DNA of 63,779 nt, the filler included, from Octopus bimaculoides (taxonomy: Eukaryota), in assembly GCF_001194135.2 (NCBI RefSeq). It is 5 parts of 5 records of this genome, joined end to end, with 100 filler letters (N's around TTAATTAATTAA, not from the genome) between each part and the next. Parts side by side here need not be neighbours in the genome. Positions count along the whole stretch, not along the records: positions 1 to 11,807 come from NC_068999.1; 4 more parts are not named here. The stretch is one strand, 5' to 3'. Of the stretch, positions 1 through 11,807 are shown one piece after another. Position 1 is the first letter of the stretch; every line of letters starts with the position of its first letter. The notes under the pieces are model-generated. The model saw nothing but the letters and a program-made list of their open reading frames with translations. It was not told the DNA's origin and did not search any database. Both the position numbers and the translations under genes were made by a program.

Positions 1-240
1 GCACATAAAAGACACCATTTCGAGCGTGGCCGTTTTCGTGCGGGTGACACATAAAAGCACCCACTACACTCTCTGAGTGGTTGGCGTTAGGAAGGGCATC
101 CAGCTGTAGAAACTCTGCCAAATTAGATTGGAGCCTGGTGTTGCCATCCGGTTTCACCAGTCCTCAGTCAAATTGTCCAACCCATGCTAGCATGGAAAGC
201 GGACGTTAAACGATGATGATGATGATGACAATGATGATGA
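1..240 (+). mobile_element. 3' tail of RTE-family LINE (or its SINE-like derivative) ending in (GAT)n
   Basis: Near-identical to the tail of the RTE at 7400-7592 (GGTTGGCGTTAGGAAGGGCATCCAGCTGTAGAAA...CCCATGCTAGCATGGAAAGCGGACGTTAAACGATGATGAT). Confidence 0.8.
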
Positions 241-285
<45 letters not shown>

Positions 286-1526
286 AGGAATATGTTGAAT
301 AAAATCATAATTAAATGATCCACTTTTTTTATACCCAAAGTCAGGAACATTTTACCCAAAGTCCCCTCATAAAATGAGCTTTTGCATAGTTTCCATGGTC
401 CAAAGCAACAGCAGAAGAGACTTGTAAGAAGAAATTCTTTGGTTAAAATGAAACCCTCATTTGATATGCCACAGTGTTTGTCTCCCATTGCCCTACTCAC
501 AGGTAGCCAGATACTATTAAGTAGGTAGGGTGAACACTGTCCTCACCTTAGTCTTTAATTTTCATATGGTGTCTGATTTAAATCAGGATAAACTTTAAAG
601 AGTACAATTGTTTCTCCACTGAAAAATATCTAACATTTTACTGAGATACCAAGCTAGGTAGACTTGCTCTCACTAACCACTCATCTATCCCTAGCTTCTC
701 CATCTCTAACATAATCTATACCAGCTTCCTGCACTATCATACTTATGCCTGGTTTTCAGGTTGTAGCAATTTGTAACTGAGTGGAAAAAGAAGAAAAAAA
801 AAAAATTGCGTACAAGTAATATCATTTTTAAAGTTTTATCAATGTAACTCTTATTGAACATCCAATAAAAATTCAAGCACAGAAACCGAACACTGGAGCA
901 ACTTTAAAACTGAGATTGTTGCGATAACATGCTGTGACTACACTCATACATACATATGTCATGAGCAATAATTCATTTAACTGGTAAAAACTGCACTTGG
1001 TGCTACTCAATAGGTCAGTACCTCCATTTGTGGAACAACACTTTCAAATTATTACAAAATAATTATCTGTAAAACAAAGAAATGAATTTTGCAAAATAAA
1101 AAAATAAATATACACTGGCCTCTTGTCTTTGCAGAGAGAGAATATAAAGGTTTTATCAATTAGGTCAGTGTCAAGTTGTAAGAAAGTTTTAAAATACAAT
1201 GCAAAAACTTTTACTAATTATATTACTTTCATTACAGAACATGCTTTCTGTGTCTCATTGTTGACTATGTATTATTTAGCTGTCGTTTTGTTTTGGATCT
1301 TTTTGCTGGAAAATATTTCTGGAAACTGCTTGGTGATCAATAAGTTTAGAACATCACATTCACTTTTGTCATGAATATTCATGCTTAAAAGGTTATAACA
1401 TTTAAAAATCTTTTAGAAAAACAATAACAAAGTTAAAGAAGTGATTTTAAATTCTCAATCGCAGGATAATGCTAATAATATAGCCTGAACAGGATAAACT
1501 ACCCTTATTTTGCAGAAAAAAGTGTA

Positions 1527-1605
1527 GGTGGTTAGCTGTGGACTCGAACTCACATCTCCGTGATTATGCATCATGATGCTCTGACCGATTGAGCTAAACT
1601 CCCCC
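1527..1605 (-). pseudogene. tRNA-Met(CAT)-like sequence (tRNA pseudogene or SINE head)
   Basis: Minus strand reads D-arm AGCTCAATCGGTCAGAGC, anticodon arm CATGA-TGCATAA-TCACG (CAT) and T-arm/B-box GTGAGTTCGAGTCCAC. The acceptor stem is imperfect. Confidence 0.55.
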
Positions 1606-1754
1606 ACTACACCCTCATCTGCAAATTTAAGATGTATAGAAATCTCGCTTTATGAGACGCTATCATATGTTGAGGGTCATGAAAAAGAAAAAAATTCTAC
1701 CTAATATTATTAAGCATCACTGAATTACAAATTAATTTTACCATTTCAAGAAAC

Positions 1755-1990
1755 TCAGTTGTACAATCAATATCCCATGGGTGAGTTTCTTATGAGAGTA
1801 TCAGCAACTTCTATACTCATGAAGTTGCCAACCATTCACTCAGTTTTGTGAATCCAAATGATGACCGCATCCATAAACAGACTACAGACAATGGATGTTG
1901 GCCAAGAAGAAGCTTCAGCAACAATATGATTAGTGATGATTTAATTACATCATATCTTCAAGAGCGTGTGTGGTGAAACAAATTTAGAAA
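1755..1990 (+). mobile_element. Merlin/IS1595-like DDE transposase C-terminal relic
   Basis: Translation ISHG*VSYESISNFYTHEVANHSLSFVNPNDDRIHKQT...ITSYLQERVW matches the Merlin SDGW..Y / VNHS.NFVDP...HTQ / YL.EF.WR motifs. Confidence 0.65.
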
Positions 1991-2049
1991 TTAAGAAAAA
2001 CTATTCACAAATCTCATTTCATGCATCAATGACTGTTATGTTTTCCTGC

Positions 2050-2303
2050 AAACGGGATTCAGCTATAAGAACAAGGTCATCAGCATAGAGAAGCTTCTAG
2101 GGATAGTGAGTCTTGAACTCCTCTGCTAAGGCTTGGAGGACTAAGATAAACAAGAGGGGGCAGTGAACTGAGCCTTGGTGAAACCCTACCTGTACACTGA
2201 ATCCATTTCTATACTCATGGCCAATCTTCACCTTACTGGCAGCATCCCTGTACATGGCTTGTACAGCTCTCACTAACCACTCATCTATCCCTAGCTTCGG
2301 CAT
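2050..2303 (-). mobile_element. RTE LINE reverse transcriptase fragment
   Basis: KLGIDEWLVRAVQAMY...VGFHQGSVHCPLLFILVLQAL...*KLLYADDLVLIAES (RT QG and YADD motifs). Confidence 0.85.
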
Positions 2304-2319
2304 CTATCCCTAGCTTCAC

Positions 2320-3562
2320 AAACTGTCTCAACTACTCCTTCCAGGATCATTGTGAGTTCAACAAAATATTGGCTAGTGACCAAGTCTGTGGAAAGACGGG
2401 AGTGTTGGGATGTGCTGAACAACTTCTGATAATCAAAACTGTACTGTCTGAGGTGAAAAAACATCATAGGAGCCTTACAACAGTATGGCTTGATTATAGG
2501 AAGGCATTTGGCTTGATTATAGGAAGGCATTTGCCAAAAAGCAATTGGAATTAATAGCAATATTTTCAGATGACCTAATTAATGGTCTCACTATCTCTCC
2601 TGTACCTTGGAATTGATGCAAATATATCATACTAAGATACTGTTAAGAAAGACAGAGTGACCGAAAAATATTACACCAGACTAGGAAAAATATGGAAGTC
2701 TGAATTCTCCTCTTAGAAGACAATATCCCACAATGCATTTGCAGTACCAGAACTGATTCCAACATTTGGAATACTTGACTGGTCTGTGGAAGAAATCCAC
2801 TCCATAGACATTAAAACCTGCAAGATCCTAACATCAACTGGAAATCTCCCCAAAAATAGTGATATCAACAGGCTCTATCTACAAAGAGATAAAGGAGGTA
2901 GGGGCTTGTGATTAAAGCAGACAGCCTTTGAATGTCATATAGTCTCTCTCAGATAACACTTGCTAAACAACAGCAGCAAAAATATATTAACTTAGTGCTG
3001 AAAAGTGAAGGAAACAATATCCTACATGTCAGAAATGAACTCCTCAGGAAGTACTCTCTTCTTGATGACCTCCCATACAACCCCAAATCAGCCAGACTAG
3101 CATATCTTAAAGATGACCTGGAGGTGAGATGCTCAGTATGCCAAAAAAAAAAAAAAAGAACACATGTGGGTATGTTTCTTGAAGACTTGAAGATAGTAAC
3201 ATTGACATGAAGTAGAGCTTCTCTTAGACTTGTGACTGCTACATCACATCACACTTTGAAAGCTAAGTATTTGCAAATCAAGAACAGGAGATTGCTGCTA
3301 AATGCTCATAAACAAAAGAGACAGTGAAGACCTTGGAATTCCAAAGTACAACCACAAATGTAGATTATGTCGTAATTCTGCAGAAGACATCACACAGTGA
3401 TTAGCAGCTACCCCAAAATGAAATCAAGGTACTACCTCCCTATGTGACATGACACTGTTGCAAAAACAATATACAATGCCATTCAGGAAAAAGACTGTCC
3501 TGGAATAAATATAGAGAATCTCCCTATTATTGAATATGCACATAAATATCAGAACAAAGAAT
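2320..3562 (+). mobile_element. R4/Dong-like (RLE clade) non-LTR retrotransposon, internally deleted
   Basis: GCAEQLLIIK..VWLDYRKAF; SDINRLYLQRDKGGRGL; HTVISSYPKMKSRYYLPM*HDTVAK (zinc knuckle region). Many stops and frameshifts. Confidence 0.8.
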
Positions 3563-3748
3563 TGTTGTTGTTGGCACTCCGTCGCTTACGACATCGAAGG
3601 TTCCAGGTGATCCGATCAACGGAACAGCCTGCTCATGAAATTAACGTGCAAGTGGCTGAGTACAGCAGGGTTCGCCAGCATCCCCTGTCGGAGCCTCGTG
3701 GAGCTTTAAGTGTTTTCGCTCAATAAACACTCACAACGCCCGGTTTCG
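3563..3748 (-). mobile_element. SINE with (CAA)n tail, internally deleted copy of 10262-10631
   Basis: Reverse complement matches both ends of the 10262-10631 body, with about 150 bp missing. Confidence 0.85.
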
Positions 3749-4196
3749 ATTAAAGGGATGTAGCTAAATTCTAAAAGACATTTTGTTTGATGATCTGCCT
3801 ATTTTGAATGTTAAAGACAATAATGTTAGAAATATTTTTTCTTAATTTATGTAACGTTTGATATTGCTGTTGCATTCATTAATTGATTTATTGCTATTTT
3901 ATTATGTAAACTAATGAGAACTAATACAACTGTAGAAATAATTTATATCTTAAATTTAATTTACCCAACCTAATTCCCTGTTAACAGGTATTATTCAAAG
4001 TGCCTGGTGAATTTGATTCAGGGTGGAAATAGGAAGAAACTAATGTCCAAAATCATTGTTACTAGTTATGACATGTCAGTAGCTGTTGTAACATATATGA
4101 CCCATATAAGAGATAGTTTCCAATTATAAAACATTTACTCACCTGCAGACAAGTTGGGAAATTTACAAAGAAAAGTGTTTCAGTCATATATATATA

Positions 4197-4315
4197 GAGA
4201 GAGAGAAAGAGGGAGGGAGAGAGAGAAAGAGGGAGGGAGAGAGAGAAAGAGGGAGGGAGAGAGAGAGAAAGAGGGAGGGAGAGAGAGAAAGAGGGAGGGA
4301 GAGAGAGAAAGAGAG
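4197..4315. repeat. 20-bp purine minisatellite (GAGAGAGAAAGAGGGAGGGA) about 5.5 copies
   Basis: Direct 20-nt periodicity visible. Confidence 0.9.
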
Positions 4316-4599
4316 AATTGTCTACACTTTCATTTTCAGTTCTCTTTATTTTGTTTTATAGACAATATATACAAGGTAATTTTAATTATCTCCCTCTCAT
4401 TTGACCTTTATACGAGGTCAGATAACAAAAAGTAAGAATTGTCAATACTTTCCATTTGCTAATCTAATGTCAATTGTTGATAATGACACAGCAATTTTCA
4501 ATCTCACTTTGTCTTTTATTGTACTTTGAATATAGAGGTGTAGATACTATCAAATGAGCTGAATAAGTGAAAATCTGACAGTCCGGTGAGTAGGAATGA

Positions 4600-4860
4600 A
4601 GTAGAACTTCTCAGCTTATTGAATTTAACATTTTAGGTTTATCTTCACTGAATGTGACCTTGCATTATCCTGATGCAGAATAAGATACCCACTTCCCTTC
4701 ATGAACCAAGGTTTGTTAAGCCTCCAGGAAAACTTCTTGATATTTTGATGTGAATCTTCTCAGTTGCAGTTTACACTGCCTCATAACTGAGAACAATATG
4801 TCTTCCTGATTGATACTCATATAAAAGATCAAAATCACCTTTGGCATTTCCAAACATTCA
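4600..4860 (-). mobile_element. mariner transposase relic
   Basis: Minus strand encodes LILHQDNARSHSVK (HDNA catalytic motif region). A mariner-type end GCTGAAAAGTTCCTGGCTTT follows at about 4884. Confidence 0.55.
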
Positions 4861-4984
4861 CATCATCACAATGTGCAGTGAGTGCTGAAAAGTTCCTGGC
4901 TTTGGGTAAAAGAAAATACAGGAGGATCATTTAACATCTGTTTTCCATACTGGCATGGAGCTGGGGAGCTGTCCATATTCCAGT

Positions 4985-5655
4985 TGTCTGTTATGACATG
5001 GTTTCTACAGCCGGATGCCCTTCCTAATACCCACCACTTTACAAGGTGTGTCAGGTGCTTTTAACATGCCACTGCCATGGGTGTGTTTACACAGCACTAC
5101 CACAAGCCTGTATGCATGGATGATAGCAATTTTACTTAGCTTGATGTGTCTTCTCAAGTACAACAAATCACAACTCCCAGTCCCTTCTCATTTCCTCAGA
5201 GAGACCCAGCATTCGAAGATCCTTTCTCATCACTTCAACCCATGTCTTCCTGGGTCTACTCCTTTCCTCCCAAATTAGAGCTCAGCACCTCTTTATGCAG
5301 TTGTCCTCATCCACATACATCATATGACCAAACCAGTGCAGTCTTCTCTCTTGCATACATCTGATGACTCTTATACCCAGTTTTCCTCTTAAATTATTTA
5401 TAATCTGTCATGTGAAGACGTTGACATCACCCATCCAGCGGAGCATGCTAGCTTCATTTCTCTCAAGTCCCCTGTAGTCAAAGCCTATGTTTCACTGCCA
5501 TGTAACATAGCTGTATGTACACAGGTATCATAAAATCTGCCCTTAGTTACCAACAAAGGTAGAAGCTCTCTGAACTTTGCCCAGCCCATTCTTATTCTAA
5601 CATCTATACTTTCAGAACTTCTTCCTTCACTGCTAACAGGATCACCTAGGTAACA
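4985..5655 (-). mobile_element. RTE LINE 3' portion (RT C-terminus plus tail)
   Basis: Reverse complement parallels 6480-7050 (YLGD, LLPLL, MLHGSET, RWMG, LHWFGH equivalents) and the tail. Confidence 0.85.
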
Positions 5656-5811
5656 GAAGCTATCTCTTCTAATGATACCTCAACCATTTGCAGAAGTCTA
5701 TTGTCTGTGTATTTTAAGTTACCCAGAAACACATGCACACACATATATTTGCATATACACATACATATAAATATATGTATGTATACAATACATATATGTG
5801 TATGTATGTAT

Positions 5812-5977
5812 GTAGGCATAGGAGTGGCTGTGTGGTAAATAGCTTGCTTACGAACCACATGGTTCCGGGTTCAGTCCCACTGTGTGGCACCTTGGGCAAG
5901 TGTCTTTCACTACAGCCTTGGTCTGACCAAAGCCTTGTGAGTGGATTTGGTAGATGGAAACTGAAAGAAGCCCGTCA
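5812..5977 (+). mobile_element. tRNA-derived SINE family A (GGCTGTGTGGTAA head, CACCTTGGGCAAGTGTCTT core)
   Basis: A-box and B-box (GGTTCAGTCCC). About 10 related copies in the window. Confidence 0.85.
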
Positions 5978-5985
5978 TATATATG

Positions 5986-6018
<33 letters not shown>

Positions 6019-6166
6019 GTATGTGTATATATGTATATATATATATATATATAAAGTCACAAATGAAGAAAGAAATAGTTTGATTAAATTTTATTTGATA
6101 GTAAGAAAATTCTAATTTCATGACAAATTGTTTCATAATTTGATAACACTTGAATAATTTATATTT

Positions 6167-7592
6167 AGGAACCAAGGTCTAGAATCAAAGGGCCTTAGGG
6201 TTAACCTAGCAAAAACCAAAGTCTTAGTAAGTAGGAAGGCTGACAAATCACAAATCCCTTCAGGTAGATGGCCCTGCTTGATCTGTAGAAAAGGTATGGG
6301 TAGAAAATCCATACGATGCACCCAGTGTAAGCTACGGACACATAAAATGTGCAGCAATATCAAAGGAAGTTTAACTGGGAAGATAGTTTTTGTGTGTGGT
6401 AGATGCACAGGGACAATAAACACCAAAGATGTATAGGAAACAGATTCCATTACATGCCAGTGGGAAAAACTAGAAGTAGTTAATAGCTTCCGCTACCTAG
6501 GTGACCAAGTCTGTAGAGGGGATGGTTGCTCTGAGCGTGTAGCGGCTAGAATAAGAATAGCCTGGACAAAGTTCAAGGATCTCCTACCTTTGCTGGCAAC
6601 TAAGGGCCCCTCACTCAGAGTGAAAGGTAGACTGTTTGATGAATGTGTGTGAACTGCCATGCTACATGGTAGTGAAACATGGGCTATGACTGTTGAGTAC
6701 GTGCGTAGGCTTGAAAGAAATGAAGCTAGTATAATCCGCTGGAAGTGTAATGTCAGTGTGCATACACAACAGAGTGTAAGCGCCCTGATAAAAAAGCTGG
6801 ACACAAGAAGCATCAGATGTAGTGTGCAAGAGAGATGACTGCGCTGGTATGGTCATGTGTTATGTATGGATGAGAACAGCTGTGTGAGGAAGTGCCACTC
6901 CCTAACTATGGAAGGAACTTGTGGAAGAGGTAGACCTGGAATGCGGAAGTGAAGCATGACCTTCAGACATTGGGTTTCACAGAAGCAATGACAGGAGACC
7001 AAGACTTTTGGAGATATGCTGTGATTGAGAAGACCCAGCAACTAAATTGAGATCGCAGCCATGGCTGATGCCAGTGTTGCATGCCCAGCCCATTTAAGAG
7101 TACCCTTGATGCGTTGGGCAATATGATATACTTGAGAAGACCTGTTGAGTCAAGTAAAACCAAAATCATAGCTGTAGCCAGTGTCCCCTGACTGGCTCCC
7201 ATGCCAGTGGCACATAAAAAGCACCATCTGAACATGGTTGATGCCAGGTCAACCTGACTGGCTCTCATGCCAGTGGCATGCAAAAAGTACCATCCGAATG
7301 TGGCCAATGCCAGTACCCTCTGATTGGCTCCCATGTCAGTGGCATGCAAAAAGCACTATCTGAACAAGATCGATACCAGACCCACCTGACTGGCTCCTGT
7401 GCCAGTGGCACATAAAAAGCGCCCACTACACTCTCAGTGTGCTTGGCGTTAGGAAGGGTATCCAGCTGTAGAAACATAGCCAGATCAGATTGGAGCTTGG
7501 TGCAGCCGCTGGCTCTCCAGATAAACCGTCGAACCCAGCCAGCATGGAAAACGGACATTAGACAACGATGACGACGATGATGATGATGATGA
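6167..7592 (+). mobile_element. 5'-truncated RTE LINE with PHD-type finger in RT, tandem 3'UTR units and (GAT)n tail
   Basis: One frame with few stops: GLESKGLRVNLAKTKV..CLIC..CTQC..HKMC..CGRC..NSFRYLGD..MLHGSETWAM..LRWYGHVL..GRGRP. Confidence 0.92.
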
Positions 7593-8165
7593 TTTAATAA
7601 TAAATAAATTATTTACATGCCTGCATTCATGCAAAATATCCTTCAAAATAATGCAGAATTTAAGCTATGTCTTCAGGTGAAAGAAAGTCTTTCTTAAATA
7701 ACAGATTCTTGATGTATTGTTCCTATAGGAATGCAAAGTCAAAATTTTTAAAAATTATGAAAGATAATCATAATAAAATTGATATAAATTGATAAGATTT
7801 TCTAATAAATAGAAAGGAATTTTAGTTATATATTTATAAAAAAAAGTAACTAGGAGATAGTATTAGTACAATAAAAGAAAAGAAATATACTTATTAAAAA
7901 TCTAGAAAATAAAAGGTAGTAAACATAGAGAAAAAATTAAAATGATGATGATGATGATGACAAACTAAAACTAAATAAAAGTATTTAAAGATGATATTGG
8001 ATCTTTCTGATAAACAAGTGGTGTCCGCCAATTCAGAAAGATCCGGTATAAGTATTTTTTTGAAATTCATAGCAAGTATGGAAGACAAATGAGAACAAAA
8101 TCAACATGAACCAATGAAACAGTCTTCCATAATGAGATAGTTTTGGTATAAAGAAAGGAACTTCA

Positions 8166-10098
8166 TCTTAATTTATAAAGCCAAAGTTGTGTGTCTGTGT
8201 GAAGCCTTTTTAAAAGTTTATAGAAATCCACATTTTCCACTTTTTCGTAAACATTTTTACATCAATGGAATTTTCTTGATGTGAACTTTCTAGTGCAGTA
8301 ATTAGATTTTTTAAATTCCGTTTACTTTGTGTGATTTAAGGGAGATTTGGCTGTTGTTTCTAGCAACTTTCATATTTCTTCCCTTCTACCTGGAACAGCG
8401 TTCTTATACACGCGCTCAACAGAGAGAGAAAGTGATACATACAACGTCATAGATTAAACTTTCTTCTCAGTATTCTTTACCTATTTTTCATAACATTGAT
8501 ACGTAAAAACACACACAACCACACGTACATGATCTGTGACAACATCATACACATTGCTCCCGTTCTCTATCTCTCCCTCTTCCTCTCTTGCTCTCTCAAA
8601 CGCTTACACGTGCAAGTAAACACAATCATTCACGTTCGTCAATATGGCATAACTACAGAGTTGTACCTACCAACTTTGGAAGGTCATAACTTTCAGAAAA
8701 ATGAATATTTTTTAATGAAATTTTCTATGCATATATCAATTATTATGTAGATTCCGAATACACAAAAATTTTCGATGAAAGTGTTTTGGGAGTGGGGTTG
8801 GGGACAATTTTCGGAAATTCCACTTAAATTCCTCTTAACTTCCAGGAAAATGAAAATTTTTTGTGAAATTTTCTATAAATATACCTTGATGTATGTACAT
8901 TTCAAGCATGTAGGAATTTTGAAGGAAACAACTGCAGGTTATTTTTGAGAAGTGTTCCCCACTCGGTGGTGTTTCGGAGCAAGTCGTCTATATTTCTTTC
9001 ATTTTTCTCTATTATGTGCATATTAAGTGCATCCATACATTTCTAATGAAGTAATAGGCAGTGAAGAGAAGCTGCCATAAGAAAACTTTTAACTATCTCT
9101 ATTCCTTTCTCCCTCTCTCTGTGCCTCTTCCTCTTTCGCTCTCTCAAACGCATACACGTGCAAGTACACAATCATTCAGTAAAATATAACTCATGTTCGT
9201 CAATGTTTTGTAAATATANNNNNNNNNNNNNNNNNNNNNNNNNNNNNNNNNNNNNNNNNNNNNNNNNNNNNNNNNNNNNNNNNNNNNNNNNNNNNNNNNN
9301 NNNNNNNNNNNNNNNNNNNNNNNNNNNNNNNNNNNNNNNNNNNNNNNNNNNNNNNNNNNNNNNNNNNNNNNNNNNNNNNNNNNNNNNNNNNNNNNNNNNN
9401 NNNNNNNNNNNNNNNNNNNNNNNNNNNNNNNNNNNNNNNNNNNNNNNNNNNNNNNNNNNNNNNNNNNNNNNNNNNNNNNNNNNNNNNNNNNNNNNNNNNN
9501 NNNNNNNNNNNNNNNNNNNNNNNNNNNNNNNNNNNNNNNNNNNNNNNNNNNNNNNNNNNNNNNNNNNNNNNNNNNNNNNNNNNNNNNNNNNNNNNNNNNN
9601 NNNNNNNNNNNNNNNNNNNNNNNNNNNNNNNNNNNNNNNNNNNNNNNNNNNNNNNNNNNNNNNNNNNNNNNNNNNNNNNNNNACTTTGAACATAATGCAA
9701 AATGGTGCATCAACATCTTCTGCCCAATCTGATAGAATTCTGGCAAAACTGTGTAGCAACAGACCGCCAGCAATTGCTTCATCACAAATTGCCGTCCTAG
9801 CTCCTGCGAAAAGGGATTACTCTGCTATGTATAATCAGGGCAGCGCAAAAAGTTGTTTTGCACAAGCATTTCTATAGCCAATTAGACGGATGAAATTTAT
9901 GTACGCTTAATAATTTTACGCAAAACAGCCTTCAGACTTTCCCTATTAATTTCATCGTCTTTTGAATTATGAACATATTTACATCATAAGGGTTTTTTCG
10001 TTGTAAGGTTTTCTTTTTTAGTTGATTTTCACCTAGCAAGACTTATCGGTAGATGGCATAATAAGTCACACCCGGACACGGTCGGGTTATATTGCTAG
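8166..10098 (+). mobile_element. Non-autonomous Helitron (spans a gap)
   Basis: 5' A|TCTTAATTTATAAAGCC; 3' hairpin ACCCGGACACGGTCGGGT followed by CTAG|T. Sits between A and T. Continuity across the gap is assumed. Confidence 0.7.
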
Positions 10099-10261
10099 TA
10101 TATTTATAAAGACAGAATTTACATGATGTAGAGTTTGATATCAACAAAAAAATTATTACATTAAGGATTAAAAGTTCATATATATAAGTAAATAGGTTAT
10201 AATGTAAGATAAGATTAATATAATTTGGTATTGTAGATTAGGATAGATTAAAGCAAATAAT

Positions 10262-10631
10262 AGTGGAGGCGCAATAGCCCAGTGGTTAGGGCAGCGGACT
10301 CGCGGTCATAGGGCGTTGTGAGTGTTTATTGAGCGAAAACCCCTAAAGCTCCACGGAGGCTCCGGCAGGGGACGGTGGTGAACCCTGCTGTACTCTTCCA
10401 CCACAACTTTCTCTCACTCTTACTTACTTCCTGTTTCTGTTGTGCCTGTAATTCGAAGGGTCAGCCGTGTCACACTCTGTGTCAGGCTGAATATCCCCGA
10501 GAACTACGTTAAGGGTACACGTGTCTGTGGAGTGCTCAGCCACTTGCACGTTAATTTCACGAGCAGGCTGTTCAGTTGATCGGATCAACTGGAACCCTCG
10601 ACGTCGTAAGCGACGGAGTGCCAACAACAAC
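10262..10631 (+). mobile_element. tRNA-derived SINE family D with (CAA)n tail
   Basis: 12-bp TSD AAAGCAAATAAT (10250-10261 and 10632-10643). A-box present; B-box region apparently deleted; CpG-rich. Confidence 0.9.
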
Positions 10632-11006
10632 AAAGCAAATAATGTATGTATATGGAAAAACAATAATAACATGCATTCATTAAATATTCTTTAAAATACA
10701 TGATAATAATCATAATACAAATATATATCTTTTATGTTACCTGTTTCAGTTACTAGACTGCAGCCATGTTTGGTGTCAGCTTGGAAAGTTTTAATTTTTA
10801 AAAATCGATCCCGATACTCTATAGATCTTATTTGCTGAAATCACTAACACGAGTTGTCAAGGCAAAATGGAGAGACAAGCATAAACATAAATACACATAC
10901 GCACGTACACACACAAGCACACATGTATTTATACATAAATAGGTGTGTGCATGTGTCAGTGTGTGTACACACGCACACAGCAACATATATATATATTACA
11001 TATATG

Positions 11007-11084
<78 letters not shown>

Positions 11085-11454
11085 TATATATATGCATATA
11101 TATCTATAAGCAAGCATGTATATACATACATACATATATATATACGATGATGATGATATATATATATATATATAGATAGATAGTTAGATAGACATGTAAG
11201 TATGTGTGTGTATGTATGAGTGAGTGTGTGTGTGTGTGTGTGTATGCATCAGAGAGAGGTGTGTGTGGGAGTGGGTGTGCATACAAAGAGTGAGAGAAAG
11301 AAAAGAGAGAGAGAGAAAGCATAACTATCATATTGATAAATTCTTGGAATTGATAATGAAAGTAATTTTTCATAGAAAATAAACACGTTTACATTTCCTG
11401 TAATTAATACGGACCTTGTTAAAGAAATTGAAATAATTGCTAGGAGCATGCTGT

Positions 11455-11690
11455 TTATTTTTCAGTTGATTCAGTCATTAGACCATGGCCATACTGGAGC
11501 TGTGCCTCAGGGTGTTTAGCTGAACACATTGAATTCAGTACTTATTTTTATTAATCCTAGTACTCCTTCTATGTTTTTTTTGTTTTGTTTTTTATCTCTT
11601 TGCCAAAGCTACTAAATTATGGGGAAATAAACAAACCAACACCTGTTGTCATGGAATGGCGTGTGACAAGCACTAACACAGACTTACATA
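11455..11690 (-). mobile_element. Decayed SINE family C body
   Basis: Similar to 63130-63340. Confidence 0.6.
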
Positions 11691-11748
11691 CACACATACA
11701 TATATAAATATATGGTTGTATGTGTATATATGTATATATATATATGTA

Positions 11749-11807
<59 letters not shown>

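Noticed and set aside
168-620. 110-aa minus ORF and exon-like splice signals on both strands
   Set aside because: The ORF is extended by microsatellite. The minus AG/GT pair has stops in all frames, and the plus-strand frame has only weak sites.
7999-8044. 12-bp stem hairpin containing CTGATAA and GAAA
   Set aside because: The stems overlap the would-be core, so it is not hammerhead topology. A lone short hairpin is not distinguishable from chance.
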